Shown: piece after piece, positions 33,120 through 41,505 of the stretch
Layout: every line of letters starts with the position of its first letter
Numbering within the stretch: position 1 is the stretch's first letter
Translations under genes and position numbers: made by a program
From: a virus
DNA length: 64,000 nt
Reading direction: 5' to 3' (one strand)
IMG/VR virus record: IMGVR_UViG_3300045988_072133
Location: 1-64,000 of that record
Notes under the pieces: generated by a model
The model's input: only the letters and a program-made list of their open reading frames with translations
Database searches by the model: none
What the model was told of the DNA's origin: nothing

Positions 33120-33892
33120 TATTCATCAACAGTTGTTTTAGACCTAACCTTAGGAGGCTGATAACTACCCATAGGTATAGATAAGCCATCAGAAGAATTA
33201 TTCTCACCATCCTTAGGTAAGTATAGTACATTACCAAGTTCTTTGATAATAAGATCTATGATAGGCTGAACTAAGGCTTGCTCTACAGGGAAATACATAT
33301 CTAATTTACCATCAGTAGTATCTTGGAAGTCAGTAGGATTCTCAAAGATTCCCTGTATCCTAAAGTATTTACCATTGAGGAAATCAGCAGTAGAGCTTAT
33401 ATACAACTTATGGTCATAACCAATGGTAGCATACGGTTGGGATGTTAGCCACTTGTTATAACCAAGGTATTTGAATCTATCAGGATTTATAAAGTTAACA
33501 TCAATGTTATTCTCTACAAATGTAGATTGTGTATAAAGTTCTAGAGGGGTGCCATCAATAATACAGTGCTCTTCAAGAGGAGCCGTATGGTAAGAGACAG
33601 AAGTCTCTAATAAGACACCATGTAGATTTAAAATAGGTGGAACTGGTTTCTTAAAGCTAAATGTTCTACGAACATCAGTATTATTAGTAGGTAAATCTAG
33701 ATGACCCAGTTCCCAGATTTGGTAGTACTCAAGAGGGACATCTTTTTTAGCACCACCATAACGTTGTTTTGTTAAAATAGCACGATATTTATTAAGCAAG
33801 AATATGATGTGCTCAACTTCAATTCGAGAATCATCAGAATCTAACTTTAATTCATCAAATACTATATAAACGCATTCTCTATAGGTTTGCAT
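33119..33892 (-). CDS. hypothetical structural protein (257 aa)
   Basis: ORF only. Confidence 0.35.
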   Translation of the reverse strand: MQTYRECVYIVFDELKLDSDDSRIEVEHIIFLLNKYRAILTKQRYGGAKKDVPLEYYQIWELGHLDLPTNNTDVRRTFSFKKPVPPILNLHGVLLETSVSYHTAPLEEHCIIDGTPLELYTQSTFVENNIDVNFINPDRFKYLGYNKWLTSQPYATIGYDHKLYISSTADFLNGKYFRIQGIFENPTDFQDTTDGKLDMYFPVEQALVQPIIDLIIKELGNVLYLPKDGENNSSDGLSIPMGSYQPPKVRSKTTVDE

Positions 33893-33893
33893 A

Positions 33894-34625
33894 TTAATCT
33901 TTATAAAATATTTTACATTCTTTTACATGAGAGAGATACCCTGATAAATGTTCTGAAATACGACTAGGCCCAACTTTTAAGTATCGAGCAGCTGATGCTA
34001 TTGAAGGAAATTCTTTAGTTACTCCAGTAGGAAGAATCACTATAACCTCCTTATATCTCTTATTCTTAAAAGGCTTAATTTGATAACTTTTAACATAGGA
34101 GAATTGGTACCCCTTACAGGTACCAGATTCTCTATGATTTAGTAAGTCTCTAAGAGTAGAGTCGTGTACTCCTAGTGATCTAGCAGCCTCACAAATTGAT
34201 GAAAAGGATTGAATATATTTACCTTCTAATGAATATTGATGTACTTCTTTGCCTATAAAGGTATTACACTTTGCCACATCTTTTACAATATTATACTCAG
34301 GCAATAATAAGTTAATAAAGTCTTGTTCTTTACTTCTAATTAAATCACTAGTATAAGAAGGATCTTCAAATAGTATAATTAAATTAAAATTACTCAAACC
34401 ATATTTCTCAACTGCCTTTAATAAAATTGGGCAAGCACTTTCTTTAACATCTTTACTTGTAGTAAAAGTAAATAAGTGTTTACGAATTCTGCTCTTTAAA
34501 TTAATACTACTTCCTATGTACCTATGATTGTTGAGTTTATTTACAAACATGTAAACAGCAGGAACTTTTGGTAATGTTTTATAAGCAGATCTTAAATCTG
34601 TGAGAGCTAAATCAAATTCTCTCAT
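33894..34625 (-). CDS. GIY-YIG homing endonuclease, free-standing (243 aa)
   Basis: AVYMFVNKLNNHRYIGSSINLKSRIRKHL (GIY...YIG-SS-NL-R-H), catalytic Glu region LIILFE, then EQDFINLLLPEYN; C-terminal DNA-binding-like region. Confidence 0.8.
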   Translation of the reverse strand: MREFDLALTDLRSAYKTLPKVPAVYMFVNKLNNHRYIGSSINLKSRIRKHLFTFTTSKDVKESACPILLKAVEKYGLSNFNLIILFEDPSYTSDLIRSKEQDFINLLLPEYNIVKDVAKCNTFIGKEVHQYSLEGKYIQSFSSICEAARSLGVHDSTLRDLLNHRESGTCKGYQFSYVKSYQIKPFKNKRYKEVIVILPTGVTKEFPSIASAARYLKVGPSRISEHLSGYLSHVKECKIFYKD

Positions 34626-35554
34626 TAGTTCATATTATTATTAAGAATTACTTCCTTAACTTCAGGATCAACAGCTGAAGTTCTCATGCGAGAGGTTGCA
34701 CCACACTCACATCGGAAGACCTGATATTTATTAACCGAAGTATAGTAGAATCCTTCGGGCTTCAAATGCTTAGAACCACAGTTGGGACAAATAGGCTCAT
34801 CACACTCATAATATAGATTAAGGTTAGGATGATTCCGTACCCAAGGTCTAAGTCTGAGATAGACAGCTTCTAGGCATTCAACATCCCAATTATTATACTT
34901 AAACATATACTCTAGAGCCTCAGGCTTACCATCAACACAGTCTGACCATAATTGGAAATTAGTCTCTAACTTAGTATCAACACCAAGAATCTTAGCTAAG
35001 TAATCTAACTTATTTGATGTAAAGCCAAACTGCTTCTTAGCAACTTCTAAAGTATCAATATTCTGATAAGGTTTAACAGGAGGAAGCCGATGTATTAGCA
35101 TCCTAGCATTAATCTTTAATAAGTCAAACTTTTTACCATTGTGCGTAATGACAATATCTACCTCATTTAAAAGTTTAGCTAAGCTCATAACAATTCTACG
35201 ATCATCTTGAGCTTTCGCTTCCTCACTTGTAAGACAATCTCCTAGAACTTCTCTACCAAAGAGCCATTTAGCTGACCAACAGATAATATACCAATCTGCA
35301 AGAAGCTTGTCTAGATTTACTGAATCTTTCCATAGACTAAATACATAACCTTTCATAGGAGCAGTCTCAATGTCAAGAATAAGAATCTTAGGAGCTTTTA
35401 TAACAGACTTAGTTATTCCTGAGTTACGATAAAGTCTCTTTGCTTCAACAATATCTTCCTTAGAAGCATGAAGTCGTCTCGATAAGGATCCTTTACCCAT
35501 ACGTACTAGGTAAGGTTTAACCTTAAATACCTCTAAAATCTCATTAACGTTCAT
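34625..35554 (-). CDS. DnaQ-like DEDD 3'-5' exonuclease with C-terminal Zn-ribbon (309 aa)
   Basis: Exo I ILILDIETAP, Exo II VITHNGKKFDLLKI; C-terminal CPNCGS...CECG four-Cys cluster; TAATG coupling to HEG. Confidence 0.65.
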   Translation of the reverse strand: MNVNEILEVFKVKPYLVRMGKGSLSRRLHASKEDIVEAKRLYRNSGITKSVIKAPKILILDIETAPMKGYVFSLWKDSVNLDKLLADWYIICWSAKWLFGREVLGDCLTSEEAKAQDDRRIVMSLAKLLNEVDIVITHNGKKFDLLKINARMLIHRLPPVKPYQNIDTLEVAKKQFGFTSNKLDYLAKILGVDTKLETNFQLWSDCVDGKPEALEYMFKYNNWDVECLEAVYLRLRPWVRNHPNLNLYYECDEPICPNCGSKHLKPEGFYYTSVNKYQVFRCECGATSRMRTSAVDPEVKEVILNNNMN

Positions 35555-35599
35555 ATTAAATTAATTTAAATTATTAATTAGCTATAATAGCTTATAAAC

Positions 35600-35650
35600 T
35601 AAAAGTCCTCAAATATACGAAAAATTTTTCATATATCCAAGGACTTTTGT
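35600..35650 (-). promoter_or_regulatory. promoter-like element: TTGG-N19-TATATTTG (Bacteroidota-type -33/-7) flanked by inverted repeat AAAAGTCC/GGACTTTT, containing palindrome GAAAAATTTTTC
   Basis: Minus-sense ...caAAAGTCCttggatatatGAAAAATTTTTCgTATATTTGagGACTTTTag... within the 128-nt gap 35555-35682; also the AGCTATAATAGCT palindrome at ~35581-35593. Confidence 0.4.
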
Positions 35651-35682
35651 AAAAAAATAATAATTTCTATTATTTTTGGTAA

Positions 35683-36138
35683 TTATCTATCGGAACTAAG
35701 GTAGATATAACGATTCATAGTTTGAGCAAAATCATCTAAGATATTTACAATACCAGCATATCTGCCAGCAGTCATGCCAGACTTTAAATACTCAGCTTTT
35801 GCAGCTAGAACCTTTAAGATCTCCTTAGGATCTGTAGTGTTAGGAATATTAGGATTGATAATGCCATAACCAAAACGACTGTCATTTAGACCCATAATAT
35901 TCTCAGTAATATCATCAACATATTCTAATAGGTCATCATTAATGTCATCTATAAGTAGATGCAATGATTTGCTATAGGTATTCCAATGTATCTCCTTAAG
36001 TTTAAAGTATGAGCCATAAAGTTCATTAATGAAGGTTATAACTCTCTCGAAATCCATTTCCATACTAGATATATAATTACTCTCTGCTTTTGTCAAGCAT
36101 AACCATAAGTACTTCTTCGTCCATATCACGGGCTTCAA
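35683..36138 (-). CDS. hypothetical protein (151 aa; true start possibly internal)
   Basis: ORF only. Confidence 0.3.
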   Translation of the reverse strand: MKPVIWTKKYLWLCLTKAESNYISSMEMDFERVITFINELYGSYFKLKEIHWNTYSKSLHLLIDDINDDLLEYVDDITENIMGLNDSRFGYGIINPNIPNTTDPKEILKVLAAKAEYLKSGMTAGRYAGIVNILDDFAQTMNRYIYLSSDR

Positions 36139-36373
36139 AGTAAGCTTCGATTAGCTTAATGACATCAAGAAGTTTGCACTCTACAGTGCCATGCAGGTTC
36201 TCACGAATGAGTTCATGAAGATCTCGTGAGTTGGAATGTATAATTTCCTTATACTCTTCCTCACTCAGAAAGTGATCCTCAAGGCTTTTCTTCATAGCAC
36301 TATGAGCAGCTTCAGATATCATCTCAAGTATTGACTCTGCAGATAGATTAACGTGCAGGTGTTTCTTCATCAT
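36077..36373 (-). CDS. hypothetical protein (98 aa)
   Basis: ORF only; overlaps neighbour. Confidence 0.3.
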   Translation of the reverse strand: MMKKHLHVNLSAESILEMISEAAHSAMKKSLEDHFLSEEEYKEIIHSNSRDLHELIRENLHGTVECKLLDVIKLIEAYFEARDMDEEVLMVMLDKSRE

Positions 36374-36614
36374 AACTACGAGATTTAAGTGATTTGTGCT
36401 TATTATCTCTACCGCTATGACTTCTTTTGAGACTCAGTATACTTACCTTCACATCCTTTAAAGTTTCGATTATTTCTTTCTGAGATGAATCAATATGACC
36501 AAGATAATGTTTTACGTCATCCTGGAGAACTAGAATCTCTGCTAAAAGAGCTTTAATCTCTCTGTTAGGAGTGAAGAAATTCTTCATCTTCTGAATAAAA
36601 GTTACACTAGGCAT
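36348..36614 (-). CDS. hypothetical protein (88 aa)
   Basis: ORF only. Confidence 0.3.
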   Translation of the reverse strand: MPSVTFIQKMKNFFTPNREIKALLAEILVLQDDVKHYLGHIDSSQKEIIETLKDVKVSILSLKRSHSGRDNKHKSLKSRSYDEETPAR

Positions 36615-36924
36615 TCTTACTCTTAATATTTAAGAACTCTCTCTTAAACAAGTCAATGTCTTCTGGCCCAAAAGTAATACCCAGCAAGGTCGGCTTATTA
36701 GGCATCAATCTCATCATATCCTTCAGAGCATTAGACAATGACTCAATGTCGATGTTATCATTCCCATCCGTTAAGGCGTCTATAATAAACTTATACTTAG
36801 GCTTGCTAAGTATGTTATTAGCGCCATACATTGCTACTGGTGCCAAATAAGGCACTCCTAAGTTCATGGCAATAGTACGAATCGACGAATTTAATGCGGC
36901 TTTTAATATCTCTAAATCAGACAT
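36607..36924 (-). CDS. hypothetical protein (105 aa)
   Basis: ORF only. Confidence 0.3.
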   Translation of the reverse strand: MSDLEILKAALNSSIRTIAMNLGVPYLAPVAMYGANNILSKPKYKFIIDALTDGNDNIDIESLSNALKDMMRLMPNKPTLLGITFGPEDIDLFKREFLNIKSKNA

Positions 36925-36926
36925 GT

Positions 36927-37367
36927 TTACTTAATTTTATCTAGTAACTCAGGATGCTTGTCCAATAGATCTGCTACTTTCTGGAGCTTCTCTTGCTTAA
37001 CAGCAATCTCTTGCTGTGCCTTGGATTTAACATCTTTAATCACACTTAATAACCGTTCACCGGCTATCCTTCCTTCAGGGGTAGTAATGTATTCATTACT
37101 GAATTTATTGCCTAAAAAATTCATAAACCCTGATTCATAGATATTCTTAGCCTCAGAATATTCAGGAGATTTCTCAATTAATTTCTTCTCATCCTCTGTT
37201 AAATTAGATGAGATATTATTAATCTCCTCAAGTAGTGAATATTGAGGAGTACCACTTCCCATAGACTTAAGCGCCTCTATCTGTCCCTCTAACATTCGTA
37301 ACTGGTTCTCCTTAGTCAACGGTGATTGGAAACCTTGATAAGCAGACCCTACTGGATATCCATACAT
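36927..37367 (-). CDS. hypothetical coiled-coil protein (146 aa)
   Basis: ORF only. Confidence 0.35.
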   Translation of the reverse strand: MYGYPVGSAYQGFQSPLTKENQLRMLEGQIEALKSMGSGTPQYSLLEEINNISSNLTEDEKKLIEKSPEYSEAKNIYESGFMNFLGNKFSNEYITTPEGRIAGERLLSVIKDVKSKAQQEIAVKQEKLQKVADLLDKHPELLDKIK

Positions 37368-37388
37368 AGTTGTAAAGATTACTAATTA

Positions 37389-37850
37389 CTACGGAGTAGG
37401 AGCGGATGTCCCTTTCGTAGATACAGCATATACGAAGTAACCTCTGTTAGATGCTAACATAGCTGCAGTGGGAGTAGAGTTTATCACATTCTGAGTAACC
37501 TTGCATACACAAGGAGGAATTATCATCCCTATAATCTTCTCAGAAGTAATATCCTCAACAGTAGGAACTGTTGAACTCTGGATTACAGCAGCATTGCTAG
37601 AATGTACTGTAAAAGTTCTACTCATATTGGTTACGTCTGTATAGTTTACCTGTAAAGCTAGATCTACTTTCGTTAAATAGTAAGTAGTTGAATCCAACGT
37701 GAACTCACTAGTATAACGAATAGTAGGAATTAACGTAGACGTAGGTGCTACGTCAGTCCTAGCAGGAGTGGGTAAACATACATTAAATTCAACTACTTGA
37801 TTTAATGTAGTTCCCTCACCAAAGTTAGTTATTACTGTTCGTTCCATCAT
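37389..37850 (-). CDS. hypothetical beta-rich structural protein (153 aa)
   Basis: ORF only; Thr/Val-rich. Confidence 0.35.
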   Translation of the reverse strand: MMERTVITNFGEGTTLNQVVEFNVCLPTPARTDVAPTSTLIPTIRYTSEFTLDSTTYYLTKVDLALQVNYTDVTNMSRTFTVHSSNAAVIQSSTVPTVEDITSEKIIGMIIPPCVCKVTQNVINSTPTAAMLASNRGYFVYAVSTKGTSAPTP

Positions 37851-37872
37851 GATCCCAATTAATTAGATTCAA

Positions 37873-38406
37873 TTACTGAACTACAGTAGTAGAGGAGCCA
37901 CATCCGAAACCAAAGGGATTGTTCATAGGAACAGCTACCTGCGGATAGGGCGGATAGCAAATCTCTCTGTAGGGAAGCCGGATCTCACCGTCAACTTTAT
38001 TCCAAGTTCGGGAATCCGTGTATCTCTCAGATTTAAGAGCTGAAATCTCTGCTAACAGAGGTTGTGTGGCTTCGATAGCAGCAACCTTCTTGTCAAGGTT
38101 TATAATACCCTGAGCCAGCTGGTTGGCATACTCACCAAGTCTCTGGTCAGCTCTGTTCGACTGAGAAATAATTTCTCTGTATAATTCTATGCCAACATTG
38201 TCAGCATATTTTTCAGCTGCTAAATTAGCAGCAGCGGCTTGGTATGCAGATACCAACTCCGATTGACCGTTGCAATTACCTCCGCCAAAGAGGCCACCCA
38301 ACAGTCCATTACCGCAACCGCTACCACGAAGGAGCCATCCTGCGGTACCTATAATGCCAAGAGTTAATCCGGCATTACCAACGCCTTTAGAAGCAAATTC
38401 TGCCAT
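37873..38406 (-). CDS. Gly-rich membrane-associated/coiled-coil virion protein (177 aa), locally GC-elevated
   Basis: GIIGTAGWLL...GLLGGLFGGGNCNG glycine zipper followed by coiled coil; GC visibly higher than flanks. Confidence 0.4.
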   Translation of the reverse strand: MAEFASKGVGNAGLTLGIIGTAGWLLRGSGCGNGLLGGLFGGGNCNGQSELVSAYQAAAANLAAEKYADNVGIELYREIISQSNRADQRLGEYANQLAQGIINLDKKVAAIEATQPLLAEISALKSERYTDSRTWNKVDGEIRLPYREICYPPYPQVAVPMNNPFGFGCGSSTTVVQ

Positions 38407-38459
38407 AATTAGTGAAAGTTTTAAAAGTTAATTTGAACTAAATATAAATATATTTCGCG

Positions 38460-38503
38460 CAAAATATATATGTAATAGGACTACTGCCCGTAAGCAGTAG
38501 CCC
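38460..38503 (-). terminator. rho-independent terminator after the 354-aa virion gene
   Basis: Minus-sense GGGCUACUGC-UUACGG-GCAGUAGUCC (10-bp stem, 1 GU) followed by UAUUACAUAUAUAUUUU. Confidence 0.5.
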
Positions 38504-38576
38504 AATATTACTCTATTCAACTTTCACTAACTCTTATAAATATTACTTAATTATAGTAATTGCCCTAAACTATAAA

Positions 38577-39641
38577 TTAAGCTAAAATAGCTAAGATAAC
38601 TTCATCCAGTCCATTAGCAATAGTTCCTAAAGTCAGGGTCTCTTCCGTACCTTCCTGGGTAGTTGCACACAGAATTAGAAGCTGCTTTTCAGAAGCCTGA
38701 GGCGAAGTAGCTTCACCACGATAGAAGAACGCAAGATCTAATGAATCGTACTTATTCTCATAGTTAACCTTATATTTCGTCGTAATGTTCAACGGATAAT
38801 TGTTCATACGATAGAAATCACCAATTTCACCGTGATAGAAGTACTCAAGGTCAGCAGCAACCTTACCATTACCATCGCCAAGTGAACCACCTACAGTCTT
38901 CGTAAAGAGACCATTGTCTACATCCGAAGTATCAATCCAATCAAACGACTCAAAGTTGGTATTACCAGTAGATGAGATTGAAAGAACAGGATTAGGATAG
39001 ATATCGAAATTATAGGAACGAAGCTGTACTTTACCCATAATCCAAGGTTTCAGATTATCAGCAACTTCCTCAATAACAATCGTATCTGCAGTGCCTCCAG
39101 TTTCACCTTTAGCTGTAAGAACCGGCCAGTCAAGCTTATTGTACTTCTTGCCAGATACACCATACATCTTGTTAATCTGACTTGCAAGACCATCCGTAAG
39201 TTCTTTCGACAGAGTAGCAGCTTCAGTTGCAGAACTTGTAGTATATGATACTACTCCAACCATCTGATCTTCCTGTGAGCCAGACATAACTTCACGAATC
39301 ATAACACGGAGACTATACTCCGTATTAGGAGCAAGTTCAGCCTTATTAACCTTAATAGTTACTGTACGCGGTATGCCTACCTTAAAAGGCCTCTTAGCAT
39401 ATTGTCGAACCTTATCCTTTTCGATAATATCCGACTTCATTATGTCGGTATAAGCATTAGTGTACTGGATATAAAATTTCTCCACATCGCTAGCAAGCAC
39501 CTCACCAGCAGCAGGTTTACCTTGATCCCCAGTACCAACCTTAACAACTTTATTGCCAGTCTTTAGATCAATAACTTTGATATCGTTTGCAGAGTTTGCA
39601 ACAATGATCTGCCGAACAGCATTTTCAGTAAAATTTGCCAT
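38577..39641 (-). CDS. abundant virion structural protein candidate (354 aa)
   Basis: Elevated GC/codon bias; followed by strong terminator; no motif recognised. Confidence 0.4.
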   Translation of the reverse strand: MANFTENAVRQIIVANSANDIKVIDLKTGNKVVKVGTGDQGKPAAGEVLASDVEKFYIQYTNAYTDIMKSDIIEKDKVRQYAKRPFKVGIPRTVTIKVNKAELAPNTEYSLRVMIREVMSGSQEDQMVGVVSYTTSSATEAATLSKELTDGLASQINKMYGVSGKKYNKLDWPVLTAKGETGGTADTIVIEEVADNLKPWIMGKVQLRSYNFDIYPNPVLSISSTGNTNFESFDWIDTSDVDNGLFTKTVGGSLGDGNGKVAADLEYFYHGEIGDFYRMNNYPLNITTKYKVNYENKYDSLDLAFFYRGEATSPQASEKQLLILCATTQEGTEETLTLGTIANGLDEVILAILA

Positions 39642-39659
39642 ATTATAACATTAATTAAA

Positions 39660-40433
39660 TTATTCTACTCTGCGATTCAGAGCTATTTGTGTATTCAAAC
39701 TATTCTCTTTATAATCACGTGTAGCTAACTCTACAGCACGATTTATAATCAACTCCCAAAGGGTGGGGGAGATCTTATTATCTAAATTCCCATCAACATT
39801 TGCCTTACGTTCTCCCATGATAGAGAGGTTTCTGATACTAATCCATTCTGCTGAATCTAAGTCTACTAGTATAATAGGCTCAGGTTCTTTCATGTAAGTA
39901 TAAATGTATTGAAACTCTTTAGATACAAGATCTTCATTAGATATTAATGTGATTTGACGTACCGTTGTATCTTCATTGGTAGTCTCATCAACACGCCATA
40001 CTCTTAGATCTGAAGGTCTCCTAAAAGGATTCCTCATAAGCCTATAGGCTTCATCAATATCAATAGGTTTAACTACTATATTACGAGTCTTTAAAGTGGG
40101 GTCATTAGGACCCTTAATACGCTCGGCTAATAGCTGAAGTACGTTAGCATCTAAGTCTATAACATAGGAATTAAGCCCCTCAATCTGATTGGGAATAAGT
40201 GTTGTAATAACAGCCGTTCCTGTAAGAATATAACGTGGAAGGAGCGATTTAACAGCTTCAGTACTGTCGATGGTATCACCACCCATAGTACCGTTATAAT
40301 AGCCTGAAACAACCTCTCTATGCGCTTGAGTTAAGAATAATGATATTTCATACTCATTAAGACCTGGTGCAGCTGCACTTAAGATATTATCATAATGTAG
40401 ATTAAATTTCTGAATCAGTTCCGCTGCAGTCAT
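39660..40433 (-). CDS. hypothetical virion protein (257 aa)
   Basis: ORF only. Confidence 0.35.
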   Translation of the reverse strand: MTAAELIQKFNLHYDNILSAAAPGLNEYEISLFLTQAHREVVSGYYNGTMGGDTIDSTEAVKSLLPRYILTGTAVITTLIPNQIEGLNSYVIDLDANVLQLLAERIKGPNDPTLKTRNIVVKPIDIDEAYRLMRNPFRRPSDLRVWRVDETTNEDTTVRQITLISNEDLVSKEFQYIYTYMKEPEPIILVDLDSAEWISIRNLSIMGERKANVDGNLDNKISPTLWELIINRAVELATRDYKENSLNTQIALNRRVE

Positions 40434-40441
40434 AATGTAAA

Positions 40442-41440
40442 TTATTTCTTAGAAGCCTTGATCTTAGCCTCAAGCATTAACTTATACTCTTGATTCTTGA
40501 CAGCGTTGATATACCTAGCAGCATTTGCAATAGTAGGATCATCCATACCTTCACACAAAGGAGTATTGTCAGCTTTGTAATAAAGGTCTCCTCGCTTCTT
40601 AATAAGACCTGCATAAATTGCATCCTTAATCATTACCTTAGTTTCAAGATACGGATCCTGAAGAATCTGTATGAACAATTTAGGATTGCTCTGCATATTC
40701 TTAAATGCCTGTGCCTGGAGCCAATCAAGAGTACTAGATTCTGAAACAGGCTTACCCTCAAGAGTCTCTACTGCAAACCGCAGTACAGGTTTATTCTCTA
40801 GGAATTTGCCTAATTCAAAGGATGCTTGCATAGCTACATTCATCTCCTTATTGAGAGTCTTAACCTCTTCTCCCTCTCTGATAAGCACATACCTATAGGT
40901 TGCTTTAGGACTGGTCTTAAGAGTATCAAGACTAGGAGCAATAGTATCAGAATTAGCTAGCAGAATCTTATATTTAATATAACCATCAGGAGTGGAAAGA
41001 TCTAGAATAGTATCCATCTTACCAAGTCTAACAATAGCATTATCAGACTCCCAATAGTTATCTTCTTTTCGATAGATAGAAAGAGCATTATCCTCAAGAC
41101 CCATGGTCATTTCTAAGAATTTCTTCTCAGCTTTAGTAAGAGCATTCTTGTATGAACCCGACATCAGAAGCGGTAGCGTATAGATTTTTACTGCGGTTTC
41201 AGCCATTCCTCCATAGAGAGCGTGAGAGGGTTTGTCAATATTACCAGTAGGCTTAAGAATACACCTTACAATAACTTTCTCATTCCTGAGACAATTTACT
41301 ATCGGCTCATCCTCTACAGACGTTGTAGAACTCTTCTTATCTACTTTAGAACTTTTCGTAGGTTTAGGTACCTCAACTTTTACTTCCTCAACTGAGGTGT
41401 CAATATCAATATCACCAATATTGCTAAAATTTTTATCCAT
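40442..41440 (-). CDS. hypothetical virion protein (332 aa), SD-like GGGAG 5 nt upstream
   Basis: ORF; AAAGGGAGAAGUU-AUG. Confidence 0.35.
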   Translation of the reverse strand: MDKNFSNIGDIDIDTSVEEVKVEVPKPTKSSKVDKKSSTTSVEDEPIVNCLRNEKVIVRCILKPTGNIDKPSHALYGGMAETAVKIYTLPLLMSGSYKNALTKAEKKFLEMTMGLEDNALSIYRKEDNYWESDNAIVRLGKMDTILDLSTPDGYIKYKILLANSDTIAPSLDTLKTSPKATYRYVLIREGEEVKTLNKEMNVAMQASFELGKFLENKPVLRFAVETLEGKPVSESSTLDWLQAQAFKNMQSNPKLFIQILQDPYLETKVMIKDAIYAGLIKKRGDLYYKADNTPLCEGMDDPTIANAARYINAVKNQEYKLMLEAKIKASKK

Positions 41441-41463
41441 AACTTCTCCCTTTATTTAAATGA

Positions 41464-41493
41464 AGGTAAGTGGGATTTAACTCCCACCTACCT
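41464..41493 (-). terminator. hairpin terminator/attenuator after putative MCP gene
   Basis: Minus-sense AGGUAGGUGGGA-GUUAAA-UCCCACUUACCU, 12-bp stem (1 GU), then UCAUUUAAAUAAA. Confidence 0.45.
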
Positions 41494-41505
41494 ATAAATG
41501 AGTTA

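Noticed and set aside
40442-41440. GGGAG Shine-Dalgarno before the 332-aa gene as evidence of a non-Bacteroidota host
   Set aside because: Isolated occurrence; most starts lack SD, so it is likely chance or gene-specific.
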